64,000 nucleotides of DNA, taken from positions 417,008 to 481,007 of the forward strand of contig JAVLKG010000003.1 of assembly GCA_032128875.1 (NCBI GenBank), written 5' to 3'. This DNA is from Candidatus Melainabacteria bacterium 17Bon1m. Lineage in GTDB: Bacteria; Cyanobacteriota; Vampirovibrionia; Obscuribacterales; Obscuribacteraceae. The translations under genes and the position numbers were made by a program. Of the stretch, positions 59,341 to 64,000 are shown one piece after another (position 1 is the first letter of the stretch; each line of letters starts with the position of its first letter). A model generated the notes under the pieces. The model saw only the letters and a list, made by a program, of their open reading frames with translations. It was not told the DNA's origin and searched no databases.

Positions 59341-62172
59341 ATGCAAAAGCCGAGACACAATGTTGATTTAGCTAAAACCGCGGAAGAGATTCGGTTGACC
59401 ACTGGATTGGACGAACCTACTCAGCAAGAAATTCTTGTGTCTGCGAAAGCCGAGCAAACTACCAGACAGGAGTTTCGAGTCAGTACTCAAACTGACATGG
59501 AAGCAGGTTTGGAGAGTGGTTACAGCTCTGACCGCATGTTTGATTCGCTCATCGATACTCAGACCGGTACATCAACGCAAACTGAATCACATACTGATAC
59601 TCAATCAGACACGCGTCATAAAACGGCGTCTGGCGAGTTGTCCTCACTTGAAAAACACCACGACCCTGATGGGACTATGGGTTGCAATACCTGCCAAGGT
59701 GATCTGGTAGAGGCGATTGCCGATGAATGTCGAATAAATGTAGGCGACGTTATCGCATCGCGCTATGAGATAAAGCAATATCTTGGCGAGGGCGGTATGA
59801 GTGCTGTCTATGCGGCCACCGATAAGGTGATTAAGCGCGACGTGGCGTTGAAGATTTTGCATCGCGATTTGTTGGTTCGCGGCAAAGGGTCTTTGTTGAG
59901 ATTCCAGCGTGAAGCTCAAGCGCTTGGAAATTTAGACCATCCGAACATAGTAAAGATCCATCATTTCGACGCTGACGAGAATGCGCAGCCGTACATAGTT
60001 ATGGATATCGTCAATGGCGAGTCTTTAGCAAGACGTCTGGTGAAAGAGCCAGAGGCTGTAAAAATTACCGATATCATCGATATCTTTGTGCAGGTTTGCG
60101 ACGCGCTGGCTCATGCGCATCAGCGAGGCGTTGTACACAGAGATTTGAAGCCGAGCAATATTATGGTAGTCGGCAATCAGGTCAAAGTACTCGATTTCGG
60201 CATTGCGAAGTTGATGAGTGAAGACAGTGACCAAGAATTGCAACTCACTCGCACCGGTGAGGTGTTTGGAAGCCCGCTCTATATGAGCCCTGAGCAGTGT
60301 CGTGGTTTGAAGCTGGACTTCCGCTCGGACATATATTCAATCGGCTGCGTCATGTACGAAGCCTTTACAGGAAATCCTCCCTTCACGGGAAACTCGCACA
60401 TCGACACGATGCTTAAGCATGTAAATGATTTGCCTGCTTCGGTCGTGTCTTCTATGTGTGACGCTCGCTATGCAGAAAAAGTTGATGCTATCTTGCTTCG
60501 ATGCATGGCGAAGAATCCTAACGCCCGCTTCCAGTCTATGGAAGAAGTTAAGGACGCTCTGCTTGAACTTGAGCGTGATACGAAAGGTCCGCTAGAACAA
60601 TTAAAACGAAAGCTCGAGCTAATTAAACTGAGGATTGGCGCTCAGGGCAAGTTTACTAAGAAGATGATCGCAGCGTACTGTGCGGCAGGCCTTGTATTTA
60701 CTGGACTTGGAACGATAGCGGTTGTGCAACACAACAACTCTGAGCAGCACTATACCTTTAAGAATGTGAGCATTGACCAGTGGAAAGAGTTGAATGAGCA
60801 AGGGCAAACTGATTTTAATTCCGGACGGTTTACGAAGGCTCATGAAATTTTTTCTGCAGAAACCGAGATGGCGAAGCGACTCGGAAACAAACAGTTGAAA
60901 CTAGCAAGTCATAGCGAACAGTTAGATGTTTTCAACGCTCAGCTAGTTCTTAACCCGCAACTAAGTCAAGACAGCAAATTTCAAAAAGACAGAGCGCAGG
61001 TTATTCAAGCAATTAGAGATTTGCATAAGGAAGAGAACGCAGATATCGCTTCGTTGAAAAAAGACCTTCTAAATACTGCTTCGCTATCAAAGACGGAACA
61101 AAAGAGTGTTGCGGATAGAGCTGTCGATTTCGGATCGCTATTGAGTGAACACGGTCGTCACAAGGAAAGCATCGACCTGCTGAAGCAAGCGGTGACTATT
61201 GCGGAAAAAAGTGGCGATAAGATTGTCATGGCTAAGGCATATTTCAATCTCGGTCGTGCATACACAAGCAACCACAATCCTGCCGAGGCCTTGGCCGAGT
61301 TTTCGAAGTCGCTAGCGATAAGAGAACAATTACTCAACAAGAATGATGTTGACCTGGCGCGTTCGTTAGTCGGCGTGGCAAGCGCTTCTCCTCTGGATGT
61401 TGCCCGTCCTATGCTGGAACGTGCTCGTTCTATTTGTGCCGTAGCCTTTAGCCAAACCAGTCACCAAGTTGGTTGGGCTGACATGCTTCTAGCCTGGAAT
61501 TATTACGATGCGAAGCAGTTTACGGCTGCAAAACAAAAGGCTGATTCTGCAATATCTATTTGTAAGGCTGCGATCGAAACTCAGCTATCAATGGAAGAGC
61601 AATTTCGTGCAAAGCAAACCTTGGTTCGAGCCTTCAACCTGCGCGCTCTGTCCAACAGGGAATTGCTGCGAGCCGACTTGAAAAAGGGTGGAAAAATTGC
61701 CGACAAGGACGCGAGGGAGGCAGCGATAAGCGCGGATTTTGCACAAGCGCTTCAATACGCTCAGGAATTGAATCCCAAACCAAACGCGCGCGAAATCGAT
61801 TTGCTAACTGCGTACTTATTGTATGAGAATGCTCTCGCTCTCAAGCAAGAGTATGAGCTGGCAATGTCGAAAACTGGTAATTCACCAAATGATGAGACCG
61901 GTAAGCCGGCTTTGTTGAATCAAGCAAAATACAAACTCGCAAGAGCGCTGGCGATTAACGAACGCCTTCCATCTGGAGATTCCATTGCAAGCGCTGCCAG
62001 TCACTACCGTGTTCTTGCCAGTATAGACCGCGCTTTAAGTGATTTGCCTGCGGCTGAGCGATCACTAAAATTGGCTAAGGCAAACAGCGATCGTGCGTAT
62101 GGCGCCAACAGTCCGCTGAGCATTTCGATCCAGCAAGACCTCGACGCAGTTCTTCGGGATTCCGGGAAGTAG
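59341..62172 (+). CDS. Hanks-type Ser/Thr kinase with TM and extracellular TPRs
   Basis: LGEGGMSAVY, VALK, HRDLKPSN, DFGIAK and GSPLYMSPEQ. Confidence 0.95.
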   Translation: MQKPRHNVDLAKTAEEIRLTTGLDEPTQQEILVSAKAEQTTRQEFRVSTQTDMEAGLESGYSSDRMFDSLIDTQTGTSTQTESHTDTQSDTRHKTASGELSSLEKHHDPDGTMGCNTCQGDLVEAIADECRINVGDVIASRYEIKQYLGEGGMSAVYAATDKVIKRDVALKILHRDLLVRGKGSLLRFQREAQALGNLDHPNIVKIHHFDADENAQPYIVMDIVNGESLARRLVKEPEAVKITDIIDIFVQVCDALAHAHQRGVVHRDLKPSNIMVVGNQVKVLDFGIAKLMSEDSDQELQLTRTGEVFGSPLYMSPEQCRGLKLDFRSDIYSIGCVMYEAFTGNPPFTGNSHIDTMLKHVNDLPASVVSSMCDARYAEKVDAILLRCMAKNPNARFQSMEEVKDALLELERDTKGPLEQLKRKLELIKLRIGAQGKFTKKMIAAYCAAGLVFTGLGTIAVVQHNNSEQHYTFKNVSIDQWKELNEQGQTDFNSGRFTKAHEIFSAETEMAKRLGNKQLKLASHSEQLDVFNAQLVLNPQLSQDSKFQKDRAQVIQAIRDLHKEENADIASLKKDLLNTASLSKTEQKSVADRAVDFGSLLSEHGRHKESIDLLKQAVTIAEKSGDKIVMAKAYFNLGRAYTSNHNPAEALAEFSKSLAIREQLLNKNDVDLARSLVGVASASPLDVARPMLERARSICAVAFSQTSHQVGWADMLLAWNYYDAKQFTAAKQKADSAISICKAAIETQLSMEEQFRAKQTLVRAFNLRALSNRELLRADLKKGGKIADKDAREAAISADFAQALQYAQELNPKPNAREIDLLTAYLLYENALALKQEYELAMSKTGNSPNDETGKPALLNQAKYKLARALAINERLPSGDSIASAASHYRVLASIDRALSDLPAAERSLKLAKANSDRAYGANSPLSISIQQDLDAVLRDSGK

Positions 62173-62185
62173 TAAACTTGATTCT

Positions 62186-63994
62186 CTACTGTGCTAACTT
62201 CTCTTCGGAGAAGAAGGCAAGCTGTTCTTGTACATTCTCGCAATTCGGATCCAGCGCGAGAGAATTTTTGCTTGTCTGAATATTGTTACTCATCGCCGCC
62301 TTTTGAATTGCGGCGAAGTTAGGGTGCTCGGTCGGTACGTCGTTAAACCAGAAGAGTGGAACGCCTCTGTCGATTAGCTGTTCCTGTAATATGCGAACGC
62401 GATCCTTGTAACTTGCAAACTGGCTCGGCGCGATGTTGTTTTTCAAAGAAAGTACTGCGAGTGTCCCTTGCGCCTCTCCGATTGACCATTCGATAGGGTG
62501 AAGTCTGTATGAACCGTTTGTGACGTGTGTTGTTCCGATGTTTTTGCACGCAGGCAAAAGGTTGGTTGCGTCTTTGGGAATGAGCGCACCGAGCGGAATT
62601 TGGAATGGTTTCGTGTGTTGAGTCGCGCCCGGAACGTCTTGTTCTCCATGAATGTCCACAGGGTATCGACCAATTCCTACAGAGTCCGAGAACAAACAAG
62701 CACGCGCACCAGGATTTGTCGCAACTACAATTTCCTCTTCTACAATTGTGTGTTGTCCAACGATGCGGCGCGACTCTCGGATGTATGGGTATTTTGAAAG
62801 ACCGTCTTCTGACCCGAGGACATCCGTTCGTAAGTAAAACTCCGGATAGCCGAAGCCACCATCGTCTCGGGGTGCTTCTGTCTGTAACCAGTACAGAAAG
62901 CCTAGACTGAGCGCTTTTCCGAGTGCGAGTCGTTCTGCTTGTGTGTTTGCGTCTATATCAATAATGTTTTGCATCCGCAAGTCGTTGCTGTTCCAATTGA
63001 TCATCGCAACGTCGAATGGATGTTCATCAGATTCAAACAGTTTTGAGGATATTAGCCGGCGATATTCCCAGAAAGGCAGCTTCTCGATGCGCAGGTTTTC
63101 GCCTTCACCGCTGAGCTTGCAGGTGAACATTGGATAGCCTTCGAGCGAGAATTTCCCTGACGCGTTGAACTCATCGTAATGAGGCGGTTTTGCAATTACG
63201 TTTTTAGTGCCTGGTCTGTGTTCAATGACGAATGGATATGTGAAGTCTTGAACATTCTCAGGGCGTGCCTTTTCCGGTGCATGTGCTTCGCCGGTCTGGT
63301 CCTTTGATTCGGCGCCACTTCGGTACTGCATCCCAGCCATCGGGAGCAAGTCTCCTAGTTCTGTTGCATCGATGACAATTTTTGCCCTGATTTCCGTGCA
63401 AGTCTTTCTCTCGAAATCGTAAATGACTATCGATGTGACTCTCTTTTGCGAAGATGTTGATGTAGTGTCGTTTTCTTCGACGTTTGCGTAAATGGCTTTG
63501 GTTCTCAATTTGATTGCTAGCTGTTGACGTTTTTCATACGGCGAAAGAAGTTTCTCAATCTCATCAACCGCAAATTTAGGTTCAAACGCAAGCCAGCTCA
63601 CCCAGCAATCGCCAGGATTTAGCCAAGGTTCTGCTGCGGCCCATTCAACTAATTTGAAATCTCTTTTGTAGCGAGCACGAATGTCATTTCTGAATTGTTG
63701 ATAGCTTCTGGCTGCACCGCTAATTTCGACTAGGTGGTTCTCATCTAAGGCTGATACGCCCTGTGAAGTCATTTGACCGCCAAGCCAGTCTGTTTCTTCC
63801 GTGAGGATTACTAGCGGTTTTTTCTCAGGAGAAAAACTCAGCTCATCCGCGGCTCTTAGTGCGGAGAGTGCTGCAGAAACTCCGCCCATTCCTCCGCCGA
63901 CGATGAGAATGTCGCATTCAATATGTTCAATTTGAGTTTCGTCGACCTCAACTGTAATTACCGCGCTGCGCGGTGTTTCTACATTGACCTTCAA
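62186..63994 (-). CDS. FAD-dependent oxidoreductase (FAD_oxidored type); may start beyond the right edge
   Basis: GGGMGG, EETDWLGGQ..QGV, DATELGDL, PYIRESRR and YRLHPIEW. The frame is open to the edge. Confidence 0.88.
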   Translation of the reverse strand: MKVNVETPRSAVITVEVDETQIEHIECDILIVGGGMGGVSAALSALRAADELSFSPEKKPLVILTEETDWLGGQMTSQGVSALDENHLVEISGAARSYQQFRNDIRARYKRDFKLVEWAAAEPWLNPGDCWVSWLAFEPKFAVDEIEKLLSPYEKRQQLAIKLRTKAIYANVEENDTTSTSSQKRVTSIVIYDFERKTCTEIRAKIVIDATELGDLLPMAGMQYRSGAESKDQTGEAHAPEKARPENVQDFTYPFVIEHRPGTKNVIAKPPHYDEFNASGKFSLEGYPMFTCKLSGEGENLRIEKLPFWEYRRLISSKLFESDEHPFDVAMINWNSNDLRMQNIIDIDANTQAERLALGKALSLGFLYWLQTEAPRDDGGFGYPEFYLRTDVLGSEDGLSKYPYIRESRRIVGQHTIVEEEIVVATNPGARACLFSDSVGIGRYPVDIHGEQDVPGATQHTKPFQIPLGALIPKDATNLLPACKNIGTTHVTNGSYRLHPIEWSIGEAQGTLAVLSLKNNIAPSQFASYKDRVRILQEQLIDRGVPLFWFNDVPTEHPNFAAIQKAAMSNNIQTSKNSLALDPNCENVQEQLAFFSEEKLAQ

Positions 63995-64000
63995 AGGGTC

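Noticed and set aside
1-64000. Genome-wide UGA reassignment (code 4/25)
   Set aside because: Several genes end normally at TGA (e.g. 3613, 26805, 51520); only one motif-located in-frame TGA was found.

Overview
This is a gene-dense, ~50% GC chromosomal window. It most likely comes from a non-photosynthetic relative of cyanobacteria (Vampirovibrionia/Melainabacteria, Obscuribacterales-like). That is an inference from an NblS/Hik33-type kinase, a SigF-type sigma factor, a PBP-A-type serine hydrolase and coaD paired with a Cdv3/DivIVA-like gene, with no photosynthesis genes present. Most of the window is housekeeping, signalling and metabolic genes plus tRNA-Pro(GGG). Two CDSs are missed or truncated by the ORF track: (1) a BREX PglX-like adenine methyltransferase running off the left edge (minus, 1706 to <1); (2) a SelW/Rdx-family selenoprotein with an in-frame UGA in a CxxU motif and a SECIS-like hairpin (43589-43930). 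The most novel-looking system is a tandem pair of giant paralogous proteins (5484-14016) with no signal peptide. Each has degenerate annexin-like repeats, a hydrophobic Gly/Ala hairpin, a tandem-repeat stalk and a shared LysM-like C-terminal domain, and a pilin-like gene lies just upstream. Other notable items are a stand-alone 4x MshEN-like protein, about 11 GTAG-type REP palindromes, a 206-bp inverted-repeat element after sigF, a candidate multi-hairpin sRNA (49061-49220), and a histidine kinase that appears to need an ATC start. All family assignments come from motif recognition by eye, not from database searches.
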